Source of the DNA: Eledone cirrhosa
Lineage: Eukaryota
NCBI GenBank assembly: GCA_964016885.1
Contig: OZ024742.1
Location: forward strand, 90,706,001 to 90,770,000
DNA length: 64,000 bases
Reading direction: 5' to 3'
Below, in pieces: positions 28,805 to 45,550 of the stretch. Below the pieces are notes generated by a model, which worked only from the letters and a program-made list of their open reading frames with translations, searched no databases and was not told the DNA's origin. The translations under genes and the position numbers were made by a program. The stretch's first letter is position 1. Each line of letters starts with the position of its first letter.

Positions 28805-28853
<49 letters not shown>

Positions 28854-28943
28854 GCAGACATACACACACACATACATATACGCACGCGCGCGCACACACA
28901 CACAAACACACATATATATATATATATGTATATATATGTATAT

Positions 28944-29068
<125 letters not shown>

Positions 29069-32000
29069 GAGAGGGTGAAAGAGATAAGCATAATGGTTTC
29101 CATCAAGCCTGTTTGGGTGAATGGAGTAAGTTTTCCTCAAATTGGAGACCCTCCTCGAATGTTTGTTATAATCATGTTACATAAGTAGCAGAAAATTCCT
29201 TGGGTTTAGTTATAGCATCTTTATTTATATTTGATATTTATATTTTATCTTATCTTACTTTATTTTTATTTATTTAATCTTTTTTTACTTAACAAATGCG
29301 TTTGATTTATCTTTACAATTACATACGTTTACATTCATAACGTGAATTTTGTTGATATGCTTCTTCTGCAGAGAAGCCATTAAAAGAACCCTTAATCTCG
29401 TTGATCTTTTTTTGTTGTTGTTATTGTTTTGTTTTGGTAATTTTCCTCTTAATGGCCACCCTTAATCCCTACAAATTGCACTGGTATTCTTATGTTACAT
29501 ATATTCTCAGAACATACGCATACCACAATAATCCCCGCTCCCTGCCAAACATTGTTCTATTATGATTACCTTTTCATAAAGAACTGTAGCCCGAACTAAT
29601 CAAGGTAGCCAATGATGAAGCGTTTATATCATCATTCAATATACTTGCAATAACAGCCTGAAATTCAACATTTTCTACCATAAACACGAAAATTTAATAT
29701 TAGGTAATATAGTACCACTTAGTATACGTCTGTCCGATCAGGTTTGATCTTGGGATCAAACAGCAAGTTTATCAGGAGTGTTTATGCACCAACCACAATA
29801 ATTCTAATCAATATTAACAGGTGGATGAAAGATACAAAAATCTCGGTACTAACAATACTCCAAAATAAGACACATCAACATAAGTGACTGGTGAACCGTG
29901 ACAACTCCCACCTATAGTACATCTACCGAGGTGACGAAACTACGAATTGCCGGTATTACATTGGTAAAATTCACGAGACACCGCAATAGCTGCAGCAATA
30001 AACACAATCTATAGTGCCAATAATTCTGAATTCAGGCCTGCATCGGCTGTAGAATGCAAGGAAGCTTCTCCGCTGTTGCTCGATCTATTAGACCTAGCTG
30101 CCAAAACATCTCCCTGATATTATGTATATTCTGTCATCTTAAAAGAGAAAGAACACATTCAAAGAATAATGATGTGCCAAATGACAGGTGTATTACTGTT
30201 GGAAGAATCTGATCCTAGCTGTGCTCATTCAATGCTAACCAATAGAAACAAAAACAATAAACATCATCTAAGATGCTGGGCACCCTCTCCATTAGAGCGA
30301 TTATATTGATAAGTATTCTATTATTAGCAGATCGCATGTCTGTTTTGTATTTTTAGGATCATACGCTATGTAACTGCCATGGGATTCGGATTTGATTTTA
30401 TTAATATCCGTAGGGAGACAATCTTTCAGCAGAGGGAACAGCTCGCGTGTAAGTGAATTAGAGTGTTTATTTACATGAGCCACATTCTCCATAAATATAT
30501 AATTAATATTTAAGTATCAATAGGCACCAAGATGAAATATCATTCTTGCCGCTTTATCAACGTCTCATTATATTGCAAACTTCTCAAGACAGCTCTTATA
30601 TCTTGACTGTAAAGTGATCTCTAACATATCTCATTTTTTTTAAAGAAATCCAACGGGATTAGTAAATGTTCCACTCTGCCGAAAGAATATTTGGTGATGT
30701 AAAGTGAAATAGTTACAAGCATATCGCTTGTACAATTTATTTGTATTTCTCGCTGTATTTTCTTAGTATCCTCCGATGAGGATGATGTTATCAATAATCA
30801 GGGGACATGATCCATAGAATAGCAAACAAAATGTTTTGTGGTATTTAGCTATGTCGCTTTACAGTCTTAGTTCAAATTTCACCACAGTTGACAGTCTCAA
30901 AGTATAACGTATATACTTAGGCCAGTATTCTCGTGTGGTTACCTTGTACCAATATTCTTACAATCTTAGAAATCAATTATTTTCAAAACATATATCAGCC
31001 AGGAAACGTTTCCAGTGTACCGACTTCAATGAGGAAAGTTTGAGTATCAATTCTATATTCTAATCACTCTGAAGTGAGCGTCTTGTGAACATCTGATAAT
31101 GTTAGCGTAATGTGTCCTTGTTTGACTTTTCTCAGCAGATAGAATGATTTACTGTTCAATCTTCAATATCATAGACAATCACACAGGATTTATGCAATAG
31201 AAAACACTACAATAATATTATTCAGTTTACAAGGAATTGAGCAGTGAAAATAGTCACTGTAGTAAAGAAGGAACTGTACTTGACGTGGAATATCTACAGT
31301 AGAACCTTCAGTGTTCTGCATTTAGATTTGTTCTAGATTAACTTTACATTTGATCTCTCGAAATACGGTGCATCTTTTTTTTGACAACAAAAGATGTTGG
31401 TACCTAATAAAAAATATCTGCTTACATAAGCGAGCTTAGTTTGGGGCTTAGTAACAGTATTTATAATAGATTATAGTTTGATTATACTCTGACAGAAACA
31501 AGCCATAACTTATGGGAGCTGTTCTGGCACATTTGTACCGGAATAACGAATATATGTTCTCAGGAAATATCCTTAATGTCCACGACAAATTAACCTCATG
31601 AATTAGTGTTAATCGGAAATGCGTTTAAGGCTTAAATCATAAATGCAATGCCGTGAATAGAGGAAATCCCGCCAGCTTCTCTTATTAAAAAAATTGTCAT
31701 TAATATACCTTTGCAACAAATAACAAAAACACATTCGGATATTGATATTGATATTGATATAGTGGCGTAAGAATATATATATATATATTCTTATAGTATT
31801 ATTGATTTTCTTTTCGATATGGGTCGGAATTGCCGGATTTATAGGAAACAGGAAAGGCAATTGTCGACGTTCATGATTCTATTAAGAACACGAAAGAGGG
31901 TGGAGAGATAGACGTACATAATTTGAACTACAAAGAAACATTGGAACCGGTTATGTAAATGTCTGTTTGTGCATGTGCGTGCGTGTACACGCGTGTGGAC

Positions 32001-32193
32001 ATAATTATGTTCGTTCCCCACTGAAACTAAATCTGGTATAAATGAAGTGTGCCTTGAATTCTAGAATTTAAACAGAAAATTTTCATTTTAAAGAGATAAC
32101 AGAATTGGTTGCATCCATTAGATTGTGCCCAAGCTGAGGCAACTCCTTCAAGGGAGTTATATATATTATAATAATAACGATAATAATAATAAT

Positions 32194-32377
32194 TGTTTCT
32201 ACTTTAGGCACAAGACCAGCAATTACCAGTGCATTACTGGTACTTTATTTTATCGGCCCCGTAAGGATGAAAGGCAAAGTCAACCTCGGCGGGATTTGAA
32301 CTCAGATCGTAAAGGGACGTAACTATGCTGGAAAGCATGGCGTCCGACCCTCTACCGATACTGCCAATCCACCGCCC
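32194..32377 (-). mobile_element. SINE family A
   Basis: Reverse complement of the consensus, within (TAA)n. Confidence 0.87.
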
Positions 32378-32744
32378 TACGATAATAATAATAAAAATAA
32401 TAATAATGATAATAGTAATAATGGTTTCTTTATTGGTCACAAGGGCTAACATGAAGAAAAACATTACAGACGGTACAGAACGGTACGGGACGATACAAAG
32501 TGGGTTTTGGCCGTGTAAAAAAGGTTATAACAAGATAACAAGATAGAAATATCAAAATAGTAATAATACAAGGACGATTTGTTATGCCTTCATTACGTTT
32601 ATTGATTGGTGCCACGCGTTTCTCTATTGATCAACTCAAGGTTCGATCTGTATCGATCTGGCTCGAATCTTGAATCAGAAGCTCGTCGGACCTCTGCTGT
32701 TGTAATGACAGAATGAACGTATAAAGCTTCACGTTACACTCCCT

Positions 32745-33917
<1,173 letters not shown>

Positions 33918-34057
33918 TAGTGGCAATTCGACATGTTTATAATATCCAGCTTTTATCAGCGACCTGATTTGCGTGTGTGTCACTTTAACGGCTTGACCGC
34001 ATGCGTTGGGCAGGGAGCATAATATTTACTTGCTATACCTTATAGCGTGGAAATAGG

Positions 34058-34138
34058 GCTGTCTGAAGATTCATTTCTTTCCATTGGAAATTCGTTAGAT
34101 TTCCAATCTTTTGGAATGATGAAACCGTCGGTAACAGC
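34058..34138 (+). ncRNA. Type I hammerhead ribozyme with long stem II
   Basis: GCTGT-CTGAAGA-[TTCATTTC..ATTGGAAAT TCGTTAG ATTTCCAAT..GGAATGAT]-GAAA-CC GTC GG-TA-ACAGC; perfect stem I, intact core. Confidence 0.75.
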
Positions 34139-34320
34139 ATCTGAACAGGTGATTATTTAATCATTTTTTAATTTATTTAGAAAATTGTTTAATAACCGTT
34201 TGTTTCGCTACTTTTATATTGTTCTGGTATCTCGAATTAGTGCCATTGAACCACATGTATTATAAACAACTTGAATATTTCTACAAGTACATTGTACCTG
34301 TTGAGGTATCCATCCACTTC

Positions 34321-34393
<73 letters not shown>

Positions 34394-34678
34394 GTATATA
34401 TATGTATATATATATATATATATATATGAATATATATATATATGTATATATGTATATATATATATGTATATATATATATGAATATATATGTATATATATA
34501 TGTATATATATATATGAATATATATGTATATATATATGTATATATATATATGAATATATATATATATGTATATATATATATGTATATGTAGGAGGTGAGT
34601 TTTATTGTAGTACAATAAAGCAATGCAGATATCGGATAAGAAGCACTCTACAGTTTGTGGGACTGGAGTATGCATAGT

Positions 34679-36977
34679 ATAAGATCAAAAGATGGTTAAA
34701 GGAGTTCCATATATTTTATTATGCGCATTTCAAAAACAAACATCCTCAAACAATAATATTTGTGTTTTCATCAGATAAAACAGGAGAACATGATATGAAG
34801 GCTAAAAAACACTTGTTGATAGTGCAGTTTTAAATCAACATATGAAAAGTGGTTTTAGATTGATGTGTGATATTGGGAAAAATATTTTATTTAGAGAGGG
34901 GGGGGAGAAAAGGATGAAAAGGGAAGGAGATGAGAGGGAGAGATGGGTGATAGAGAGAAAGAGATAGTTTTTATAACTGAGAGGAGATATATTTTATATA
35001 GAGGGGTTGAAAACCGTTGGAAGATACTGTATAAATTAAAAATTTTGAAAATTAACGAAGGGAGGATATGTGCGAGGAAAAAATATTTTATTTAGGGAGG
35101 GGGGGGGGGGGGTGGAAAGGATGAAAAAAAAGGGGAGGAGATGAGAGTGAAGGTGGAAAGGGAGAGATGGGTGATAGAGAGAAAGAGATAGTTTTTATAA
35201 CTGAGAAAAAGATATAATGTTTTAATATAGAGAGGTTGGGAACCGTTGGAAGATAATGTAAAAATTAAAGGAATTTGAAAATTAACGAAGGGAAATTATG
35301 TATGAAGATAGAGAGAAAAAAAAAAATAATAATAATAATTGTGGGTGAATATTCTAACGTCAAAAGAAGAAATGTATGTATTGTACAAACTTAAAAGAAC
35401 TAACACTGCTCTCTCAGAACTCATATGGTCCTTAAAAGACAAAAACATTAAATATAACATCTTTTGGAAAAAGATTTCTTCTGCATCCTCATACTTGAAC
35501 AGCTCTCTATCTAAAATCTGTAATCTCTGCCTAAATGAAAAATATACCATTATCTCTAACCTAGAATCCATAATAAATAGACGCTCAGATTTGTTTTCTA
35601 TCTGCCTGCATAAATTCCATAGAACTTTTCACAAAGTATACAGTTAATATTCAATTCTTTATCAATTTAGAATCTTTTCTCAAAGGCACATATACATACA
35701 CCTCTTTAAAATATACCAATCTACCTTACTTTAAAGGGCATTATACACTCTATAATACTCGTTTACTCATTACCCTCATTCTATCTTCTCGTAAAACAAT
35801 AACATTTGTTTTTGACATTTTGAATATTCATCCGCAAACATTATTTTTTCTCTCTATCATAAATCTTTTTAATCTCAATTTCATCCTTAATTTATTATTA
35901 TATTTTTTTTTTTTTTTTTTTTTTAATATATACTCATATATTCTTTAAAATATACCCATCTACCTTACTTTAAAGGGCATTATACACTCTATAATACTCG
36001 TTTACTCATTACCCTCATTCTATCTTCTCGTAAAACAATAACATTTGTTTTTGACATTTTGAGTATTCATCCGCAATCATTATTATTTTTTTCTCTCTAT
36101 CATAAATCTTTTTAATCTCAATTTCATCCTTAATTTATTATTATTTTTTTCTCCCCATCAACGAACTCATTATTAATACATATGAATTCAATATACAAAC
36201 TTTAACTTCACATTATTTTTCTCAAATCCTTCTACACATAAACTTTTTTTCTCTTTGCTAATTTTGAAATTCCCACAATACATACATTTCTTCTTTTGAC
36301 GTTAGAATATTCACCCACAATTATTATTATTTTTTTTTTTTTTTTTTCTCTCTATCTTCATACATAATTTCCCTTCGTTAATTTTCAAATTCCTTTAATT
36401 TTTACATTATCTTCCAACGGTTCCTAACCTCTCTATATTAAAACATTATATCTTTTTCTCAGTTATAAAAACTATCTCTTTCTCTCTATCACCCATCTCT
36501 CCCTTTCCACATTCACTCTCATCTCCTCCCCTTTTTTTTCATCCTTTCCACCCCCCCTCCCTAAATAAAATATTTTTTCCTCGCACATATCCTCCCTTCG
36601 TTAATTTTCAAAATTTTTAATTTATACAGTATCTTCCAACGGTTTTCAACCCCTCTATATAAAATATATCTCCTCTCAGTTATAAAAACTATCTCTTTCT
36701 CTCTATCACCCATCTCTCCCTCTCATCTCCTTCCCTTTTCATCCTTTTCTCCCCCCCTCTCCAAATAAAATATTTTTCCCAATATCACACATCAATCTAA
36801 AACCACTTTTCATATGTTGATTTAAAACTGCACTATCAACAAGTGTTTTTTAGCCTTCATATCATGTTCTCCTGTTTTATCTGATGAAAACACAAATATT
36901 ATTGTTTGATGATGTTTGTTTTTGAAATGCGCATAATAAAATATATGGAACTCCTTTAACCATCTTTTGATCTTATA
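34679..36977 (+). mobile_element. Penelope-like element 3' end with inverted 5' copy of its terminal repeat
   Basis: 34679-35385 is the reverse complement of ~36275-36977. 35386-35647 encodes TALSELIWSLKD..W....KICNLCLNEK..I...INRRSDLFSICLH (PLE GIY-YIG C-terminus). Internal ~240 bp tandem duplication at 35703-36148. Confidence 0.85.
36875..36941 (+). ncRNA. Minimal hammerhead ribozyme (mirror copy on minus strand at 34714-34780)
   Basis: TTTTAT-CTGATGA-long stem II-GAAA-TGCGCA-TA-ATAAAA; palindromic stem III. Confidence 0.72.
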
Positions 36978-37018
36978 TTATATATATGTATATATATATA
37001 TGAATATATATATATATG

Positions 37019-37049
<31 letters not shown>

Positions 37050-37152
37050 GAATATATATATATATATGTATATATATATATGAATATATATATATGTATA
37101 TATATATATATGTATATATATATATGAATATATATATATATGTATATATATG

Positions 37153-37229
<77 letters not shown>

Positions 37230-37260
37230 GTATATATATATATATATATATCTATATATG

Positions 37261-37317
<57 letters not shown>

Positions 37318-37349
37318 GTATATATATATATATGAATATATATATATGA

Positions 37350-37385
<36 letters not shown>

Positions 37386-37446
37386 ATATATATATGTATA
37401 TATATATGTATATATATATATGAATGTAAATATCTATATCTATATA

Positions 37447-37615
<169 letters not shown>

Positions 37616-37666
37616 GTATATATATGTATATATATGTATATATATGTATATATATGTATATATATG

Positions 37667-37700
<34 letters not shown>

Positions 37701-37956
37701 GACATAGAATATTCGAAAATATTCTGTATGTTTATAATAAACATTTTGAAGACCTAATCGCTATAGAATAGAATACGTCACGTATTTTTTCGAATATTCT
37801 ATGTCTATATTCACATATATATCGCTATTTCAGAGCATTTATTCCAATTTCTAATTTCTGCCGGACCGGCAACCGCTCTTTCAAACCAGTTCCTGTACAC
37901 AGCTAAGTATTCTATAAGTCTCTAGCTGTGTCATTCTCGATAAAAGCACTGGATAT

Positions 37957-37999
37957 GTAGTCCTGATGAATTCTAACAAGAATGAAACGCGTAGATTAC
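37957..37999 (+). ncRNA. Minimal type I hammerhead ribozyme, copy 1
   Basis: GTAGTC-CTGATGA-ATTC TAACAA GAAT-GAAA-CGCG-TA-GATTAC; stem I extended by 37933-37948 pairing with 38006-38021. Confidence 0.85.
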
Positions 38000-38266
38000 T
38001 TCCCTTGCTTTTATCGAGAATCTAATTGTAATACGTGACGTATTCTATTCTATAGCGATTAGGTCTTCAAAATGTTTATTATAAACATACAGAATATTTT
38101 CGAATATTCTATGTCTATATTCACATATATATCGCTATTTCAGAGCATTTATTCCAATTTCTAATTTCTGCCGGACCGGCAACCGCTCTTTCAAACCAGT
38201 TCCTGTACACAGCTAAGTATTCTATAAGTCTCTAGCTGTGTCATTCTCGATAAAAGCACTGGATAT

Positions 38267-38309
38267 GTAGTCCTGATGAATTCTAACAAGAATGAAACGC
38301 GTAGATTAC
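38267..38309 (+). ncRNA. Minimal type I hammerhead ribozyme, copy 2
   Basis: Identical to 37957-37999, 310 bp downstream. Confidence 0.85.
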
Positions 38310-38466
38310 TTCCCTTGCTTTTATCGAGAATCTAATTGTAATACGTGACGTATTCTATTCTATAGCGATTAGGTCTTCAAAATGTTTATTATAAACATAC
38401 AGAATATTTTCGAATATTCTATGTCTATATTCACATATATATCGCTATTTCAGAGCATTTATTCCA

Positions 38467-38642
<176 letters not shown>

Positions 38643-38655
38643 ATATATGTATATA

Positions 38656-38688
<33 letters not shown>

Positions 38689-38715
38689 ATATGTGTATAT
38701 ATATATATGTATATA

Positions 38716-38748
<33 letters not shown>

Positions 38749-38779
38749 ATATATATGTATATATGTATATATATATATG

Positions 38780-38858
<79 letters not shown>

Positions 38859-38881
38859 GTATATATATATATGTATATATG

Positions 38882-39087
<206 letters not shown>

Positions 39088-39115
39088 TATGTTTATATAT
39101 ATATGTATATATATG

Positions 39116-39221
<106 letters not shown>

Positions 39222-39224
39222 ATC

Positions 39225-39260
<36 letters not shown>

Positions 39261-39358
39261 ATATTTGTATATATTATATATATATATATATTATATATAT
39301 ATTATATATGTATATATTATATATATATATATTATATATATATCATGTTTATATTATA

Positions 39359-39419
<61 letters not shown>

Positions 39420-39652
39420 TATATATTATGTGCGCATGCGCCACATCCGGGTGTCTGTGTGTGTTTATGTTCATTTATTTATTTGTTTATTTACATGTTA
39501 CTGGTTGGTTGTTTGTTCTATGTGTGTTCTATTTGTTCTCGATATGCCTGACCGACTTAGCTCACTCGATATGCAAATTAGGCTGCTCAGCCGTTAATTT
39601 TCATAAGGAAAGTATATACTTTCGAACGTTCAACTATCTGGCAGATGGGTAT

Positions 39653-39695
39653 ACGGTGCTGATGATAGCTAACAAGCTTGAAACTAGTACATCGT
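39653..39695 (+). ncRNA. Minimal type I hammerhead ribozyme
   Basis: ACGGTG-CTGATGA-TAGC TAACAA GCTT-GAAA-CTAG-TA-CATCGT; 6-bp stem I, palindromic CTAG stem III, same TAACAA loop as the 310-bp array. Confidence 0.8.
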
Positions 39696-39963
39696 TCCTG
39701 TGTCAGGGAATATATATATATACAATATATATATTGTATATATATATATTATTTATATATATATATATATATATATTGTATATATATATATTATTTATAT
39801 ATATATATATATCGTATATATATATATATTATTTGTATATATATATATATATTGTATATATATATATATATATATATTGTATATATATAATATATATATA
39901 TATATATATTGTATATATATATATTATTTATATATATATATATATATATTGTATATATATATA

Positions 39964-40001
<38 letters not shown>

Positions 40002-40015
40002 CATATATATATATA

Positions 40016-40052
<37 letters not shown>

Positions 40053-40130
40053 ATATATATATATTATTTATATATATATATATATTATATAGATATATAC
40101 CTATTATATATATATATATATTGTATATAT

Positions 40131-43100
40131 TGATGGATTTCGCAACTAACTGCACCAGGGTTCCTGTTCCTCAGGGAACCACACTATATGGTATACCTGT
40201 TGATATAGGTCCAGCCCCTGCTTTCCCGGGTCCTGTTTCTGATCATAATGCACCTACAAAGGCATCGAATGATGATGAATCCTCAAATCTCAAGGGACGG
40301 GATTCATCTGATGGAGAAGAAACAGTTCCTAACCAAACAACAAGCAAATCTCGCTTGGCTAGCTGTAAAAAGCGAATAATAGTTATCTCATTGAACACCA
40401 GAACCCTCCTTCCAACAGGTAGACTCCAGGAGCTGGCAGAGAATGCCAAACTTCAGAATATTGACATCCTTGCGGTCCAAGAACACCACCTTTTCCACCC
40501 AAAGGATGATCTCAAGTATCATACACTAGGATCCTACCAACTTGTGACCTCTTCAGCCACCAAAAACCCTGTCAATGCCTCCGTCGGATGAGTCGGCTGC
40601 CTTCTCTCATCTAAAGCCAGCAATAATCTTCTGGGGATTGAAACAATCTCTCCCAGAATCTTGGTGCTTACACTGGAGGGCAATCCTAGAACCACTGCGA
40701 TATGTGTATACAGTCCTCATAACGCCTCTCCTGAGGATGAGGTAAGAGAATTCTACACGACCCTTCGCACAGTTGTTGAGCAAGTACACTTACACAACTT
40801 TCTTATCCTCGCTGGAGACTTCAACGCTCAACTTGGCCCGGAGGAAGTAAAGTTCACATACAATAGGGTTACTAACCGAAACGGGGAATATCCCAAGGAC
40901 TTCATGGAAGAATTCAATCTATTCAGCTCAAATAACAGCTTCATGAAGACCAGAGGCCGGCTTTGGACCTTCGAATACCCAAACCAAAAACGAGCTCAGA
41001 TTGACTATTTGATATTTCGCAAGAAATGGAGAAACTCAATCAAAGATTCTAGATCTTATTCCTCCTTTAGCTCTGTCGGCTCAGATCATCGAGTCATCTC
41101 GGCAACAATCAAACTTAGTCTCAGGATATCCAAGAGGGCCGAACCTCATCCCATGAAAAGTATAGACTGGAAAGCCGTTTCTTCCAACAAACAACTATCC
41201 AATAGCTTCACGCTTCAAGTCTATAACAGATTTCAATCTCTCTCAACTTCTGACATCAATGACGATAATATTGAGGATGTGTATGACTGTCTTAAGCAAT
41301 CAACAGAGGAAGTTGCACTTGCCACCCTACCTAAAAAGAAAAGCTGAAGCCAAATGAAACCTAGTGCCTCAGAGTAGGTAGTTGAGACAAGGGCCCATCT
41401 TAGGTCAATATCTCAATCTCACCATCAATCACCATCTCAAGGGAAAAAGATACAGCTTATCATGGCCAAAAAATCACTAGACGACGCTTATCTTAATGCT
41501 GAAACCGACTATATCTCAGGTAGGATTGATCAGCTATCGCAACATCACATCAGCAAACACCATCATCTTGCTTGGAAGGTTGTCAAAGATCTTTCAGGCA
41601 AACACTCAAACTCTGCAGTTAGAATCAAAGGAGGCTCTGCCAAAAAACGTCTTGAAAATTGGTCTGCTCATTTTAAAAACCTTCTAGGGAAAAAGGCCAG
41701 ACTCTCTGATAACTATCAACTGCCATCCGTTCAGGTTTCAGAGCCTTTAGGAATCAACACCTCTCCTTTCACCATGCCTGAGCTCAAAGAAGCCATCAAA
41801 CAGCTCAAAGCCTCAAAAGCCTTTGGGCCGCATAATATACCTACCCTGATTTGGAAGGATGAGCATTTCCACATCCTTTTGCTCAACTTATGTAACCATA
41901 CTTTCGAGACCAAAAAACCACCTAGCGTCTGGCATGCAGCTCAAATTATCCCCATGCCCAAAAAAGGAGATCTTTCTTTAGCCACCAACTATAGAGGAAT
42001 TTCTCTCATGGAAATTGCTGCAAAAATATACAACAAGCTTGTTCTTAACCGCTTAATCCCATTTCTTGAGCCAATCTTTCGTAACAACCAGAATGGATTT
42101 AGGAGAGGTAGATCAACACTTAGCTAGATTCTCTGCCTTCGCCGACTTCTAGAAGAGTCCCAAAACCGCAATCTAGACCTTGCACTGATCTTTGTTGATT
42201 TTTCAAAAGCCTTCGACTCAGTTGACAGGTCGGGGATGTTTGAAATTCTACAACTCTATGGGATTCCTGATAAAATCATCGCGGCCATACGTGTAATGTA
42301 TACAGATACTAAATCAACTGTCCTGACCCCAGATGAGGAAACACCACCTTTCTCAATCCTCGCTGGAATTTTACAGGGCGATACCCTTGCTCCGTATCTA
42401 TTTATCATTGTTGTGGATTATGTTTTGCGCATGTCTGTGGATAGGATTCAGGATAGGGGATACCAACTACAGCCTAGGAGAAGCTCACGCTACCCAGAAA
42501 AATACTTGACCGACACCGACTTTGCTGACGACATCGCATTGATCAGTTGGTCACTGTAAAATGCTGAGAGTCTTTTGAAGTCATTAGAGCAAGCGTCCAA
42601 CTGTGTTGGACTGTACCTCAACGGATCCAAGACTGAGTATGCGAACAGATGCGCAAACAGCCCAAACTACCCCATCAGAACCCTTAATGGTACCACCCTT
42701 AAGCAGGTGGAAGATTACAAGTATCTTGGCTCATATATCTCCTCCTCCAAAAAAGATTTTCTAACCAGGAAGGGTATGGCATGGTTAGCGTGCAATGATA
42801 TGCACTCCATATGGACATCTCAACTTACCAACAAGCTAAAACTGGAAATATGCCAAGCAACCATTAAGCCCATATTAATTTATGTAACCGAAACTTGGAC
42901 ACAAACATCACAACTTGAGAGGAGATTGGATGGCACATATACCCGCCTCTTAATGAGAGTGCAAAACCTATCCTGGAAACGACATTCCACCTTGTCTAAA
43001 ATCTATGGCAAACTCCCTCGAGCCTCTGCCCTTCTAAAATCCCGGAGAGCTCAATTTGCTGGCCACTGTCACCCTGCCAGCAATGAAATCATATCCGCTC

Positions 43101-43287
43101 TCTTGCTCTGGAACCCTGACTCCAGCCTGACTAGGAGTAGGAAGCTGTCATTCCCTGACGTTATCTCTAGGGATATGGGAATCAGTAGACAGGACCTGGG
43201 GGCAGCGATGGGGGGACAGGGAATTCTGGGGCATGAGAGTGAGATCCGTCATCTCGACAGTAGTCGACGAATGATGATGATGATGAT
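40131..43287 (+). mobile_element. Near full-length RTE-clade LINE (APE endonuclease + RT), nonsense-inactivated
   Basis: [32 protein letters not shown] (APE); NYRGISL, GILQGDTLAPYLF, FADDIAL, YKYLGS (RT). ORF pieces from ATG 40133 all in one frame; (ATG)n tail; possible TSD ATATTGTATATAT at 40118-40130/43286-43298. Confidence 0.93.
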
Positions 43288-43405
43288 ATTGTATATATAT
43301 ATATTATTTATATATATATATATATTATATATATATATATATTATAAATATATATATTATATATATATATATTATAAATATATTATATATATATATATAT
43401 TATAA

Positions 43406-43436
<31 letters not shown>

Positions 43437-43440
43437 ATAC

Positions 43441-43478
<38 letters not shown>

Positions 43479-43488
43479 ATAAAATATT

Positions 43489-43538
<50 letters not shown>

Positions 43539-43580
43539 GCATATATATATATATTATATATATATATATATATTATATGC

Positions 43581-43611
<31 letters not shown>

Positions 43612-43648
43612 AAATATATATATATAATATATATATATTATATATATA

Positions 43649-43694
<46 letters not shown>

Positions 43695-43696
<2 letters not shown>

Positions 43697-43912
43697 AGTA
43701 TTGAAATTTCCGTTGAAAACAGAAAAGGTCATAGAAGTGAAGAGTGCTCTATGTAAGTATCAGAGCAAAATTTAATGTATAAAATTCAATACAATATAAT
43801 TACCGCATTACCAGAGGTTTCCCGAATGAGGCGAATACGAAAGAAACGTCTTCATTCTTTCGTATTCGCCTCATTCGGGAAACCTCTGGTAATGAGGTAA
43901 TTATATTGTATT
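43695..43912 (-). repeat. Fold-back cassette (palindrome 43788-43912) with partial hammerhead
   Basis: ~60 bp arms; minus strand reads TGAAGA...GAAA-CC TCT GG-TA; embedded in (TA)n. Confidence 0.7.
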
Positions 43913-43925
43913 CATTTTTATATAT

Positions 43926-43957
<32 letters not shown>

Positions 43958-43965
43958 ATATTATA

Positions 43966-44010
<45 letters not shown>

Positions 44011-44051
44011 TATATATATATATATATATTATATATATATATATTATATAC

Positions 44052-44113
<62 letters not shown>

Positions 44114-44119
44114 ATATTA

Positions 44120-44162
<43 letters not shown>

Positions 44163-44224
44163 ATATTATATATATTATATATTTATATATATATATTATA
44201 TATATATATTATATATATATATAT

Positions 44225-44321
<97 letters not shown>

Positions 44322-44450
44322 ATATATATATATATATTTTATATATATATTTAATATATATATATATATTTTATATATATATTTAATATATATATATATA
44401 TTTTATATATATATTTAATATATATTTTATATATATATATATATATATTT

Positions 44451-44494
<44 letters not shown>

Positions 44495-44591
44495 ATATAT
44501 TTTTTATTTATATATATATTATATATATATATATTTTATATATATATATATATATTTTATATATATATATATTTTATATATATATATATTT

Positions 44592-44625
<34 letters not shown>

Positions 44626-44759
44626 ATTTTATATATATATATATTATATATATATATATTTTATATATATATATATTATATATATATTATATATATATAT
44701 ATTTTATATATATATATATATATTTTATATATATATATATTTTATATATATATATATTT

Positions 44760-44793
<34 letters not shown>

Positions 44794-44837
44794 ATTTTAT
44801 ATATATATATATTATATATATATATATTTTATATATA

Positions 44838-44885
<48 letters not shown>

Positions 44886-45272
44886 CATATATATTTTATT
44901 TATATATATATATATATATATTTTATATATATACATTTATATTTTATTTATATATATATTATATATACATATATATTTTATTTATATATATATTATATAT
45001 ATATATATATTTTATATATATATAAATTTTATATATATAAACATATTTTATATATATATATTTTATATATATATATATATTATATATATGTATATATTTT
45101 ATATATATAAAAATTTTATATATATAAATATATTTTATATATATATATATTTTATATATATATATATATTTTATATATATATAAATTTTATATATATAAA
45201 TATATTTTATATATATATATCTTATATATATATATTTTATAAATATATATATTTTATATATATATATATATA

Positions 45273-45352
<80 letters not shown>

Positions 45353-45464
45353 TTTATATATATATATATATATATATTTTATATATATATATCTATATAT
45401 ATATATATTTTATATATATATATATATATCTATATATATATATATTTTATATATATATATATAT

Positions 45465-45498
<34 letters not shown>

Positions 45499-45550
45499 AT
45501 ATATATATTATATATATATATATATATTTTATATATCTATATATCTATAT
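43913..45550. repeat. (TA)n/T-rich compound microsatellite
   Basis: Direct inspection. Confidence 0.96.

Noticed and set aside
29700-30000. Possible decayed LINE fragment on the minus strand
   Set aside because: Only a vague motif resemblance; cannot be supported without a profile search.
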